Part shown: in pieces, positions 55,801-64,000 of the stretch | How positions within the stretch are numbered: the stretch's first letter is position 1 | Layout: every line of letters starts with the position of its first letter | From: Bernardetiaceae bacterium | GTDB lineage: Bacteria > Bacteroidota > Bacteroidia > Cytophagales > Thermoflexibacteraceae | Assembly: GCA_044348925.1 (NCBI GenBank) | Contig: JBIKRY010000001.1 | Location: 8,371-72,370, forward strand | Length of the DNA stretch: 64,000 nt | Direction: 5' to 3' | Made by a program: the position numbers and the translations under genes | The notes under the pieces: model-generated | What the model was told of the DNA's origin: nothing | The model's input: the letters and a program-made list of their open reading frames with translations, nothing else | Database searches by the model: none

Positions 55801-56179
55801 TGATAAAACAAATAAAATACTACAATTTGCAGGGGCAATGAACCCAATTTATTACCTACAAAACGGCATATTTTATGAAATTAAAGGCACAAAAAGCCCT
55901 ATTGGTGGATACCAAGATGGAGAAAATGTATATGCAATGCACCAAATAGAACTGCATACCAAAACTACATTTTATCTTTGCACAGATGGTTTTCAAGACC
56001 AATTTAGTGAAACAGGGAAAAAATTTATGGTGCGAAAATTTAGAGAATTACTATTACATATACATTTGTTGCAGATGCAAGCACAAAAAGCAACACTTCA
56101 ACATACAGTAAGTAATTGGCTTGGAAATGGAAAACAAATAGATGATATTTTGGTAATGGGAGTTTGTGTAGAAATATAG
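52820..56179 (+). CDS. Sensor phosphatase: periplasmic two-component-regulator propeller repeats + Y_Y_Y-like domain + TM + coiled coil + PP2C/SpoIIE phosphatase
   Basis: A signal peptide is followed by repeated G..WIGT..GL..YD/FNG blocks. There is one TM segment (WWFITLCVLSISAIIYSFI). The C-terminal SpoIIE-type motifs are SGDFYYF, DCTGHGVPGAFMS and LCTDGFQDQF. The ATG at 52820 is preferred. Confidence 0.8.
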   Translation: MKIFFCYLALFFFNTIVFAQVYPFKTYAIEQGLPQSEIWDMMSDSRGYLWIGTNGGGLTKFNGKTFQTFTKKDGLPNEQVSNLIEDKKGNIWAMTFNGLSYYDGISFKTYDESDGIQVVNSPFANFAVDEQNTLWFLSFAQQNTILYLFENQKFIEAKTKFPILADYFIVRLYANKKCIFINAIHTQTGKTTLFQYQKGQLSTYQNPTIPVANGESLCPFFTHSNGDIWAGIFKFAPNQVVNILKIYKISPQGQATELPCPENVPIFAINRVAEDKFKHVWLPLSNFQGNLNGNAIWKYDLAGKVTTLSEKNGLATVFIVNSVADKDGNIWLGTRGFGLIKYLGETFTAINQSLGMQQEVTRTFYKDKAGVIWIGTVANELYAWNGKELKTYPANIPIGRIMKIEPEENGNLLLATNTGIVRFNQGKFSNVNQEFGIPATVAQVSYLLHTKDDIWWIVTQGTGLYRYDSKTKTTTQYNVANKKLANNGLYSVFEDSKGSIWVNSNAGVHRIEKKGILQNEEEKITLFDRSKGLGESLTQQTTEDKNGNIWVTTFGGGLARFDGTKFISYTKENSDLSSNLIYSITTDANGDIWAGMQGGVAKLEVDAKSEVSKITNYADNQGFTGKETNGAAIYKDDENNMWFGTLKGAYKYNPTFDQPNTNQPIANITAIRLFFKPVKWQEEPYKQYFLEPTKWFIQVPQNLVLPYNENHIAFDLEAVQFDNPDEVEFQWKLEGIDTDWTPAIQKQEAIYPNLPPNTYTFKLRAGLQGNWGETTTYTFTITPPWWQTWWFITLCVLSISAIIYSFIRIRLQAIKERQAELEKLVFEKTAEVRQQNTEILAQTQVLQHANSEIIRQSELLAHKNRDITASITYAKRIQTAMLPTETDIQKTFPDSFVLFQPKDIVSGDFYYFENIIDKNAIEISVLAAIDCTGHGVPGAFMSMIGNDLLNHIILEKEIHSPNLILEELNKGVRKLLKQAENKVRDGMDLSLVTVDKTNKILQFAGAMNPIYYLQNGIFYEIKGTKSPIGGYQDGENVYAMHQIELHTKTTFYLCTDGFQDQFSETGKKFMVRKFRELLLHIHLLQMQAQKATLQHTVSNWLGNGKQIDDILVMGVCVEI

Positions 56180-56312
56180 CAAAAAATAAAACAAAATCTC
56201 TTAGAATAGAGTAGAAAAAAGTCTAAGATAAACATATTTATTTTTAAGCTATTCCTAAGTCAAAATTTAGAATTTAGTTTGGCAAAACCTATTTAGTTTT
56301 TGTTTATTTCTC

Positions 56313-56320
56313 TATATTTG
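56313..56320 (+). promoter_or_regulatory. TAnnTTTG -7 promoter motif upstream of xseB
   Basis: TATATTTG lies 45 nt upstream of the ATG at 56365. This is a motif match only. Confidence 0.25.
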
Positions 56321-56364
56321 CCAAATATTTTTAAGACACAATAAAAATATTTCCCTAAATTTTC

Positions 56365-56568
56365 ATGAAAAAAACTAAAAATATTAGCTATCAAGACGCA
56401 TTGCAAGAATTATTACAACTGCAAACGCAAATGGAAACAAACCAAATACCAATTGACGAGTTGGATATTGCAGTCAAAAGGGCAACCGAGTTGTTAAGCA
56501 TTTGTAAGGAAAAATTGCGAACCATTGAAAATAATATTACAGAAACACTCAAAAACAATGTTTCTTAA
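56365..56568 (+). CDS. xseB: Exodeoxyribonuclease VII small subunit
   Basis: 67 aa. The SYQDALQELLQLQTQME...IDELDIAVKRATELLSICKEKL helical hairpin pattern is typical of XseB. Confidence 0.75.
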   Translation: MKKTKNISYQDALQELLQLQTQMETNQIPIDELDIAVKRATELLSICKEKLRTIENNITETLKNNVS

Positions 56569-56672
56569 GTACCAATACTTTATAAAACCAATCCTTTTAT
56601 TTGCAAATTTGCAAATATGGCATTTTCTACTTAAAACGTACTATTTTTACTTATACCTATTTGCATAATACA

Positions 56673-57257
56673 ATGACCGAAAAAACGGAAAGATATACTA
56701 ACAGCGAAAAAAACACCATTTTCAACAAAGAATTTATGCCGCATTTAACGGCAATGTATAATTTTGCCTACAAACTTGCTTTAGATGAAGACGATGCAAA
56801 AGATTTGGTACAAGATACCTATATGAAGGCATTTAGATTTATTAATTCTTTTGAACAAGGCACAAATGCAAAGGCGTGGCTATTCAAAATTCTTAAAAAT
56901 GGTTTTATTAACGAATTTCGCAAGAAAAGTAAGCAACCCGCAAAAGTAGATTACCAAGAAGTAGAACAAACTTACAATTCTGATTATATAGACGAAGATT
57001 TTACGATGGATCTTCGTTCCGAGTCTGTCCAAGATTTGATAGGGGACGAAATTACCAATGCACTCAATTCTTTGAGTATAGAATTTCGTGCTATCATTAT
57101 TTTGTGTGATTTGGAAGGGTTTACGTATGAAGAATTGGCAAAAATTCTCGATATTCCTATCGGAACTGTCCGTTCACGATTGCATAGAGCAAGGTTTGTT
57201 CTTAAGCAAAAACTATCTGTTTATGCAAAAAAAATGGGTTATCCAACAGAAGCATAA
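56673..57257 (+). CDS. ECF-type RNA polymerase sigma-70 family factor
   Basis: Region 2 is DLVQDTYMKAFRFINSF...AWLFKILKNGFINEFRK. Region 4 is FRAIIILCDLEGFTYEELAKILDIPIGTVRSRLHRAR. Confidence 0.85.
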   Translation: MTEKTERYTNSEKNTIFNKEFMPHLTAMYNFAYKLALDEDDAKDLVQDTYMKAFRFINSFEQGTNAKAWLFKILKNGFINEFRKKSKQPAKVDYQEVEQTYNSDYIDEDFTMDLRSESVQDLIGDEITNALNSLSIEFRAIIILCDLEGFTYEELAKILDIPIGTVRSRLHRARFVLKQKLSVYAKKMGYPTEA

Positions 57258-57325
57258 ATAGAATTTTTATCTAATTATGTTGTATTTGAAAAAATATAAC
57301 ATAATTAGAGGGTATTTTTATAAAA

Positions 57326-57937
57326 TTAATTTAGTTTTGTGTGTAATTTGATGATTTGTTGATGAATTTCAATAACCTGTGGAATAAGTAATTCTGTACC
57401 GTTGTTATGGATTACAAAATCAGCTTTTGCTATTTTTTCTTCTTCAGGTAGTTGTTTTGCCATAATAGCCTCGATTTGTGCTTGATTTCGATGCGTATCT
57501 CGTTGCAAAATTCGTTGTATGCGGATATTTTTGTCGGCTGTTACCACAATTATTTTATCTAATTCTTGATAGGAATTTGATTCGTACAATAATGCAGCTT
57601 CTTTGAGTACATATTTTGTTATATTGTCTTGTTGCAATACCCAGTTTTCAAAATCTTTTTTCACTGCGGGGTGTACCAAACTTTCTAATTGTTTGGCGGT
57701 TTGTGGATTTCCAAAAACTTGTTGCACAAAAAAATCTCTATTTATTTGTTGGTTGGCAGTGTAAGCCGTTTCACCAAAAGAAGTTTTTATTGCATCTATA
57801 AGAGCTAAATCATTGACCATCAAGTATTTAGCCCTTGTATCTGCATCATAAATAGGTATCTGTAGGCTTGCAAATATTTTGCAAACAATGCTTTTGCCTA
57901 CGCCAATGCCGCCTGTAATTCCAATTTTTAACAACAT
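57326..57937 (-). CDS. coaE: Dephospho-CoA kinase
   Basis: It has the P-loop IGITGGIGVGKS at the N-terminus, and the 203-aa size and overall pattern of CoaE. Confidence 0.9.
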   Translation of the reverse strand: MLLKIGITGGIGVGKSIVCKIFASLQIPIYDADTRAKYLMVNDLALIDAIKTSFGETAYTANQQINRDFFVQQVFGNPQTAKQLESLVHPAVKKDFENWVLQQDNITKYVLKEAALLYESNSYQELDKIIVVTADKNIRIQRILQRDTHRNQAQIEAIMAKQLPEEEKIAKADFVIHNNGTELLIPQVIEIHQQIIKLHTKLN

Positions 57938-57951
57938 AACTTTCTACAAAT

Positions 57952-58851
57952 TTAGGCTTCATTTACTACCTGCACAAAAATTTCGTGCATACTTGGGATA
58001 TGTTCATAAAAAGAATGTATGGTAGCTTGCGAACTACTCCACCATAATAAATCATTGCTTGCAACTTTGTTATTTAGTTGTATTTGGTAACGAATTGTAT
58101 TTTCAGGCAAAATTTCCTCTTTTAGTAAGCTAAACTCGGCAGGAAAATCTTGTAATTTTTTGTTAGTTTCTACAAAAAAAGTGTTAGTCTTAAACGAATT
58201 TTTTACTTCGGCTTTGCTACCACCCAAAACTTTTTGCGATTTGTTGATTAAAATTAAGTTATCACACATTTCTTCCACATTGTCCATACGGTGTGTAGAA
58301 AAAATAATTGTGCAACCATTTTTGCGAAGTTCCAATATTTCATCTCGAATAATATTAGAATTTACAGGGTCAAAACCCGAAAAAGGCTCATCTAAAATCA
58401 ATAATTTTGGTTCGTGAACTACCGTAGCAATAAATTGCACTTTTTGCTGCATTCCTTTTGACAATTCCTCCACATTTTTATCCCACCAATTCATTAAATC
58501 TAATTTTTCAAACCATTTACGAATCCGTAATTTAGATTCTTGATAGGATAAATCTCGCAACTGTGCCAAATAGAGTAATTGTTCCCCTACTTTCATTTTT
58601 TTGTATAAGCCCCTTTCTTCAGGCAAATATCCTATTTGTTTGGCGTGTTTTGCTTGCAATTTTTCGCCATCAAAATAAATATTTCCCTCATCTGCCTCTG
58701 TAATTTGTGTAATAATACGAATTAGAGAGGTTTTGCCTGCACCATTCGGACCCAACAAACCAAAAATAGTTTGTTTTGGCACTTCTACAGACACATTTTG
58801 TAAGGCAGTATGTCCTTCATATTTTTTAGTAATATTTTCTGCTTTTAACAT
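57952..58851 (-). CDS. ABC transporter ATP-binding protein (ABC-2 type)
   Basis: It has Walker A (GLLGPNGAGKTS), the signature LSKGMQQK and Walker B (LLILDEPFSGFD). The ATG at 58851 (MLKAENITKKY) is preferred over the upstream TTG. Confidence 0.85.
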   Translation of the reverse strand: MLKAENITKKYEGHTALQNVSVEVPKQTIFGLLGPNGAGKTSLIRIITQITEADEGNIYFDGEKLQAKHAKQIGYLPEERGLYKKMKVGEQLLYLAQLRDLSYQESKLRIRKWFEKLDLMNWWDKNVEELSKGMQQKVQFIATVVHEPKLLILDEPFSGFDPVNSNIIRDEILELRKNGCTIIFSTHRMDNVEEMCDNLILINKSQKVLGGSKAEVKNSFKTNTFFVETNKKLQDFPAEFSLLKEEILPENTIRYQIQLNNKVASNDLLWWSSSQATIHSFYEHIPSMHEIFVQVVNEA

Positions 58852-58885
58852 AGTTGGGTAGCTTTTTGGTATCAAAAACTATTTC

Positions 58886-60226
58886 TTAATCATTTTTATT
58901 ACGATTGTTGGCATAAGAACTTTTCTTTTTGCCACTGTTGCCGCTATATGATTTTGTGCCAGAACTTTGTCCTTCTTTGTTACCTGTGCGTGCATTACTT
59001 GTACTGTTTGTACGTCCATTGCTTGTTCTACTTTCTGTACTGCGATTTTGTCTTGGCTTTACTTTTGCTTTTTCGGTAAGCTCAAATTTTTTCATTGGAA
59101 ATGGGTGGTTTTCGATAACAGGCACTTGTTTTCCAATTAATTTTTGAATATCTTTTAGGTAATCTTTTTCGTCAATATCGCAAAAAGAAAGTGCTACGCC
59201 ACTGAGTCCTGCACGTCCTGTCCGCCCAATTCGATGTACGTATGTTTCGGGACTATTTGGAATTTCGTAATTGATTACGTGAGAAAGTTCGTCTATATCT
59301 ATACCTCTTGCTGCAATATCTGTGGCTATTAATACCCTTATTTCTCTATTTTTAAACTTGGTAAGGGCATTTTGTCTATGATTTTGCGATTTATTGCCAT
59401 GAATAGCTTCGGTATAAATGCCTACTTTGGCAAGTTCTTTTACAATTTTATCTGCTCCGTGTTTGGTTCGTGTAAAAATCAATGCTGATTTTATGCTACG
59501 GTCTTTAAGAACATGCACCAACAGTGATTTTTTTTCTGCTGCATCTACAAAATATACGCCTTGTTTTACGGTATCTGCTGTGGAGGAAACAGGTGCTACT
59601 TGTACTTTTTCGGGGCGGAATAGAATTGTATCTGCTAATTTTTGGATAACAGGAGGCATCGTTGCCGAAAAAAACAAAGTTTGTCTTTTGCTTGGTATTT
59701 TGTAAATAATTTTTTGTACATCATTAATAAAACCCATATCGAGCATACGGTCTGCCTCATCAAGTACAAAAATGCTTAACTGTGTTAGATTTACTTGTCC
59801 TTGACTCATCAAATCTAACAAACGTCCTGGCGTGGCTATCAAAATATCTACTCCACTTTTTAGTGCCATTACTTGCGCACCTTGCGACACACCACCAAAA
59901 ATTACTGTAGATTTTAGTCCCAAATATTTGCCGTAGGTAGCAAAACTTTCGTTAATTTGAATAGCAAGTTCACGCGTAGGCGTAAGAATTAATGTTTTTA
60001 TGACACGTCTGTGCTTGTTATTTTGGTTTTCATGGTGCAAAAGTTGCAGAATGGGAATGGCAAAAGCTGCGGTTTTTCCTGTGCCTGTCTGTGCGCAACC
60101 TAATAAATCTTTGTGTTGGAGAATTATCGGAATAGATTGTTCTTGGATTGGTGTTGGATTGGTATAGCCTTCTGCTTGTAGAGCTTTGCGTATAGGTTCT
60201 ATTACTTGGAGTGTTTCGAATGACAT
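58886..60226 (-). CDS. DEAD-box ATP-dependent RNA helicase (RhlE-like) with a basic C-terminal tail
   Basis: It has the Q motif (GYTNPTPIQ), AQTGTGKTAAF, the DEAD box (VLDEADRMLDMGF), SAT and HRIGRTGRAG. Confidence 0.92.
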   Translation of the reverse strand: MSFETLQVIEPIRKALQAEGYTNPTPIQEQSIPIILQHKDLLGCAQTGTGKTAAFAIPILQLLHHENQNNKHRRVIKTLILTPTRELAIQINESFATYGKYLGLKSTVIFGGVSQGAQVMALKSGVDILIATPGRLLDLMSQGQVNLTQLSIFVLDEADRMLDMGFINDVQKIIYKIPSKRQTLFFSATMPPVIQKLADTILFRPEKVQVAPVSSTADTVKQGVYFVDAAEKKSLLVHVLKDRSIKSALIFTRTKHGADKIVKELAKVGIYTEAIHGNKSQNHRQNALTKFKNREIRVLIATDIAARGIDIDELSHVINYEIPNSPETYVHRIGRTGRAGLSGVALSFCDIDEKDYLKDIQKLIGKQVPVIENHPFPMKKFELTEKAKVKPRQNRSTESRTSNGRTNSTSNARTGNKEGQSSGTKSYSGNSGKKKSSYANNRNKND

Positions 60227-60348
60227 AAGTTTTTTTTAGAGATGTATGATTTATGAAATATGATTATTACTTACTACGCCAATTACATTACTTACAATAT
60301 TTAGGTTTTAAGTTATAAACAATAAATCATAAATCAAAACTAATTTAA

Positions 60349-60963
60349 TTATTTTTTTGTAGCATTTTTATTTGCTTCGTATCTTTCATTCATACCTTTG
60401 ACTACGTCTTTGGTAATGTCTAAGGTTTCGTCTGCGGTAAAAAATGTACCACCTTGTGTGTAATTTAAAATATATTTGAATTTTCCAGCTTTGTTATATT
60501 CTTTCAAGTAAGACATTAAAGAATCGTAAAGACGTTTGTTCATTAATTTTTTTTCTTCCATCAAGCCCATTTTTAATTGGTCTTCGTATGCCATTAATTC
60601 GTCACGTTTTTTTAATAATGCTTCTTGTCCTGATTTCATTTCGTTGTTAGACAATAAACCTGCTTGTGCCCTACGTTGAAAACTACTCATTTCTTCTTCT
60701 AATTTTGCTCCTCGGTTTTGTAATTGTTTGGTAGCACTACCTTCTTTTTCTTCTAAGGCTTTGCTCATTTCGTCTAACAATTTGTAATTTGTCATTAGAG
60801 AATCTGAATTTACGTATGCCACAGGCAAAGCACCTGCATTTACTGCGTCCATTGCTACATTGCTTGCGGCGGTAGCAGGTTTATTGTTGGAGAAATTTAG
60901 GAAAAACAAAACAGCAACGCCTACACAAGCTATGCTACTAAGGATAACAGAAAGATTTTTCAC
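60349..60963 (-). CDS. OmpH/Skp-family periplasmic chaperone
   Basis: A signal-anchor is followed by a long helical region rich in K/E/L/M, typical of OmpH. I favour the GTG at 60963 (MKNLSVILSS...). The TTG at 61017 is the track start. Confidence 0.65.
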   Translation of the reverse strand: MKNLSVILSSIACVGVAVLFFLNFSNNKPATAASNVAMDAVNAGALPVAYVNSDSLMTNYKLLDEMSKALEEKEGSATKQLQNRGAKLEEEMSSFQRRAQAGLLSNNEMKSGQEALLKKRDELMAYEDQLKMGLMEEKKLMNKRLYDSLMSYLKEYNKAGKFKYILNYTQGGTFFTADETLDITKDVVKGMNERYEANKNATKK

Positions 60964-61271
60964 AATTTGGATTAAGTTAAAATGAATAAAAGTTACATAT
61001 TTTTTAAACAGTTGCAAAGATACGTTCTATTTTGGCACAATTCCAAAAATAGCTTTAGATAAGTATCTTTTTTGGTAAAATAAATTTTAGTATTTTGCCA
61101 AAAAATCAATAAAGATTGTGATTATCTACTTTAATTTATGGTTTTTAAGTTATTGAAAATCAAATAGTTAATTCACTTGCTAAAATAGCTAAATAGTTTT
61201 TTACCAAGCTATATAAATTATGGTATTATTTTGGCAATAAAACATAGTAAGTCTTATCCAACAATATTCCT

Positions 61272-61544
61272 ATGAAAATTATTTTTTTTATCGTATGTAG
61301 TTTTTTTTGTTTTGCAAATAGCTTTGCACAAACTCGCGAGGATTTACCATTGTATCATAGAGAACAGCAACGCAAACAACAGATTTTGGATTTTTTGACA
61401 AAATCTTTGCAAAAATACGAAGGTATGCAAAACAATTATGATTCTGTGCAAAAAATTATTTTGCAAGATTCTACCCAAAGATATAATTTACTCCAAAAAC
61501 CTAAAACTTTACAAATAGGAAGTCGGAAAATGTATAGACAATAA
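61272..61544 (+). CDS. Small secreted hypothetical protein
   Basis: 90 aa with the signal peptide MKIIFFIVCSFFCFANSFAQ. Confidence 0.5.
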   Translation: MKIIFFIVCSFFCFANSFAQTREDLPLYHREQQRKQQILDFLTKSLQKYEGMQNNYDSVQKIILQDSTQRYNLLQKPKTLQIGSRKMYRQ

Positions 61545-61714
61545 AGAATAGGACATTGAGGGTAAAGAAGGTTTGTAGCATAGACTTCGTTCTGATGCCA
61601 CAAACCTTTTTACTTTTGAAGGGTTTAGAAATTTTTGTTGCAATTTTAGAAATTTGCTTGTATTGTAGGCTAACTTTGTCAAAATTTTATTCTTTACCTA
61701 AAATCTATTCTCTA

Positions 61715-63607
61715 ATGAAAAATTACCTATTTTTTTTAATTTTGTTATTCTTTGTAGCTTGTACTACAAAATCAGAACAAAATAATACGCAAAAAACCAC
61801 AAATGTAATTACCCAAAAAAATATGCAAGTAAAAGATAAACATAGTTTTGCAAAACCCAACGAAGTGCTAATGAAGCATTTAGATTTGGAGATAGAGGTG
61901 GATTTTAAGACCAAAACTATCAAAGGGAAAGCTATTTGTTTGGTACAAAATATTGCAAAAGTTTCTAAATTATATTTAGATACCAAAGATTTGCAAATAG
62001 ATAAGGTAGAACTTAGCAATGCACAAGTTACTACGTTTCGGTTGGGAAAAGAAAAGCAATTTCTGGGGCAAGCATTGGAAATTGATATTTTTCCAAGTAC
62101 AGATAGCGTAATTGTATATTATCAAACTTCGCCCAATGCGGAGGCTTTGCAATGGTTGGCTGCACAACAGACCGAAGGCAAAAAGCAACCTTTTTTATTT
62201 ACACAATCTCAAGCTATTTTGGCAAGAACTTGGATACCTTGTCAAGACAGTCCAATGATTCGATTCACCTATCAGGCAAAGGTAAAAGTTCCCGAAAATT
62301 TATTAGCTGTGATGAGTGCCAATAATCCGATAGAAAAAAATGCGAATGGCATTTATTATTTTAAGATGGATAAAGCAATTCCTGCTTATTTGTTGGCGTT
62401 GGCAGTCGGAGATTTTTCTTTCAAAAATATTGGGAATCGTACAGGTGTATATGCCGAAACAAATATGTTGGAAAAAGCAAGCAAAGAATTTGAAGATACT
62501 GAAGCAATGTTGGTGGCAGCCGAAAAATTATATGGCAATTACGATTGGGGACGTTATGATATGTTGGTAATGCCTGCGAGTTTTCCTTTTGGGGGAATGG
62601 AAAATCCAAAATTGACGTTTGCAACGCCTACCATTATCACAGGCGACAAATCTCTGGTAACTTTGGTAGCACACGAATTGGCACATTCTTGGTCTGGAAA
62701 CTTAGTTACCAATGCAACATGGGAAGATTTTTGGCTCAATGAAGGGTTTACGGTATTTTTTGAACGTAGAATTATGGAAAGTTTGTATGGAAAACCATAT
62801 AGCAATATGCTCGAAATTATAGCCTTGCAAGACCTCAAAGACGAAATACAAGCAATGAATTCGGGAGAAGAAACTAAATTAAAATTAGATTTGACCGACA
62901 AAAACCCTGATGATGGGGTAACACATATTGCTTACGAAAAAGGGTTTTTCTTTCTTAGAACCATAGAAGAAGCTGTAGGACGTGCAAAATTTGACGAATT
63001 TGTAAAAAAATATTTTCAAGCATATCAATACAAATCCATTACTACTGAAGAATTTATCCATTATTTAAACAAAAACTTGTTAGACGCACTGCCACAAGCA
63101 AAGGCAAAAATACAAGTCGAACAATGGGTATATAGCACAGGGCTACCCGAAAATTATCCAAAAGTTAGTGCAGACCGTTTTGAATATGTAGATAAATGTA
63201 CTGCTGCGTGGATAAATGGTAGTGCAGCAACTTTATTTAAGACAGGGAACTGGAGTTCTTACGAATGGATACGTTTTTTACGCAATTTGCCTACAGATAT
63301 TAATACAACACAAATGGCGGAATTGGACAAAGTTTTTAATTTTACAAATTCTACGAATGCAGAAATTGCAGCCATTTGGTTTCAATTATCGGCAAGTAAG
63401 AGTTATGAAAGTGCTTATTTGGCAATGGAAAAATTTTTGTTGCGTATAGGACGAAGAAAATTTGTTTTACCCATTTATCAAGCCTTACACAACAATAAAG
63501 ACGCAAAAGCACAAAATTGGGCTACACAAATATATAGAAAAGCCCGTCCTACTTATCATTTGATAACGGTAAATAGTTTAGACAAATTACTTGGAGTCGT
63601 AAACTAA
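61715..63607 (+). CDS. M1-family zinc aminopeptidase (leukotriene A4 hydrolase-like), lipoprotein
   Basis: It has GGMENP, HELAHSWSGN...WLNEGFTVFFE (HExxH-18-E) and the lipobox FFVAC. The ATG at 61715 (MKNYLFFLILL) is preferred. The track start at 61556 runs through a hairpin repeat. Confidence 0.9.
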   Translation: MKNYLFFLILLFFVACTTKSEQNNTQKTTNVITQKNMQVKDKHSFAKPNEVLMKHLDLEIEVDFKTKTIKGKAICLVQNIAKVSKLYLDTKDLQIDKVELSNAQVTTFRLGKEKQFLGQALEIDIFPSTDSVIVYYQTSPNAEALQWLAAQQTEGKKQPFLFTQSQAILARTWIPCQDSPMIRFTYQAKVKVPENLLAVMSANNPIEKNANGIYYFKMDKAIPAYLLALAVGDFSFKNIGNRTGVYAETNMLEKASKEFEDTEAMLVAAEKLYGNYDWGRYDMLVMPASFPFGGMENPKLTFATPTIITGDKSLVTLVAHELAHSWSGNLVTNATWEDFWLNEGFTVFFERRIMESLYGKPYSNMLEIIALQDLKDEIQAMNSGEETKLKLDLTDKNPDDGVTHIAYEKGFFFLRTIEEAVGRAKFDEFVKKYFQAYQYKSITTEEFIHYLNKNLLDALPQAKAKIQVEQWVYSTGLPENYPKVSADRFEYVDKCTAAWINGSAATLFKTGNWSSYEWIRFLRNLPTDINTTQMAELDKVFNFTNSTNAEIAAIWFQLSASKSYESAYLAMEKFLLRIGRRKFVLPIYQALHNNKDAKAQNWATQIYRKARPTYHLITVNSLDKLLGVVN

Positions 63608-63613
63608 AGCAAA

Positions 63614-63649
63614 AAAGGTAGTTAAAGTTTTCTAACTTTAACTACCTTT
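63614..63649 (+). terminator. Stem-loop after the M1 aminopeptidase gene
   Basis: aaaggtagttaaagtt-ttct-aactttaactaccttt forms a perfect 16-bp stem followed by a T-rich run. Confidence 0.7.
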
Positions 63650-63654
63650 TATTT

Positions 63655-63742
63655 TATACGCTTGTCAAGGTCTTCGACCATTGCCAACGTATAAAATAAT
63701 TTCTTTTATATGATTAAGGTCTTCGACCATTGCCAACGTATA
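63655..63742. repeat. REP-like units of the tacgcttgtcaagg...ttgccaacgta family (1.7 copies)
   Basis: tatacgcttgtcaaggtcttcgaccattgccaacgtata is followed by the partial repeat aaggtcttcgaccattgccaacgtata. The flanks are shared with 16655-16763 but the central hairpin differs. Confidence 0.8.
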
Positions 63743-63749
63743 AATTATT

Positions 63750-64000
63750 TTATGCTTGAAAAAAATCTTTCATTTTATCAAAAAAACCTTTTTCATTTTT
63801 GTCAGGATTTGGGCTGAAATTTGGAGAAACCTTTAGTTTTTCCAACATAGCTTTTTCATCTTTTGTCAATGTTTTTGGAGTCCAAATATTCACGTGAATT
63901 AGTTGGTCGCCTGTAGAATAGTTGTTCAAATCTTTTAGACCTTTTCCTTTTAGTCGTAAAATTTTGCCTCCTTGTGTACCTGCTTCGATAGTAACTTTTA
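63750..64000 (-). CDS. dnaJ: Molecular chaperone DnaJ, C-terminal fragment (5' part outside the window)
   Basis: The minus-strand translation reads ...TIEAGTQGGKILRLKGKGLKDLNNYSTGDQLIHVNIWTPKTLTKDEKAMLEKL...FFDKMKDFFQA*, the typical DnaJ CTD end. It is absent from the ORF track because no start lies in the window. Confidence 0.75.
   Translation of the reverse strand, partial: KVTIEAGTQGGKILRLKGKGLKDLNNYSTGDQLIHVNIWTPKTLTKDEKAMLEKLKVSPNFSPNPDKNEKGFFDKMKDFFQA

Noticed and set aside
57952-58851. Assigning the ABC ATPase as gliding-motility GldA
   Set aside because: Only generic ABC-2 ATPase motifs are visible, and no gldF/gldG-like permease genes are adjacent. The specific name is not supported.

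Overview
This is an AT-rich chromosomal segment, roughly one-third G+C by eye, that looks like a Bacteroidota genome. The signs are two large secreted proteins with Por/T9SS C-terminal sorting domains, GxxExxY/DUF29-type orphan genes and TAnnTTTG-like promoter motifs. I support about 55 protein-coding genes. Most are housekeeping: leuS, serS, recN, gmhA, pcm, coaE, xseB, P5C dehydrogenase, a FadB-like fusion, a DEAD-box helicase, M1 and M28 peptidases, and the 3' end of dnaJ. I recognised no rRNA, tRNA, CRISPR array, transposase or integrase. Many ORF-track starts are upstream extensions, so I moved them to the first plausible start codon. Four things stand out. (1) A ~70-bp G+C-rich palindromic element occurs four times, always inside a coding region and always in frame. 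Two copies are in the essential leuS gene and two are in a putative nuclease-methyltransferase fusion, where one copy sits between the D and the ExK of the putative nuclease motif. Both insertion orientations encode the same PL(T/P)PEGG...PPSG(A/G)GGL peptide, which resembles the behaviour of Rickettsia palindromic elements. (2) Gene cassettes without an integrase are bracketed by direct repeats of host-gene 3' ends. One is a GmrSD-like type IV restriction gene plus a small-membrane-ORF cassette stacked behind the fadB-like gene. The other is a 1.4-kb insert behind leuS. (3) A compact six-gene minus-strand cluster (thioesterase, DUF29, two membrane paralogues, a PD-(D/E)XK-like protein, GxxExxY) abuts a tandem array of 99-bp palindromic units. 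(4) Several distinct intergenic palindromic (REP/MITE-like) repeat families are present. All functional calls rest on motifs read from the translations; no database search was possible.
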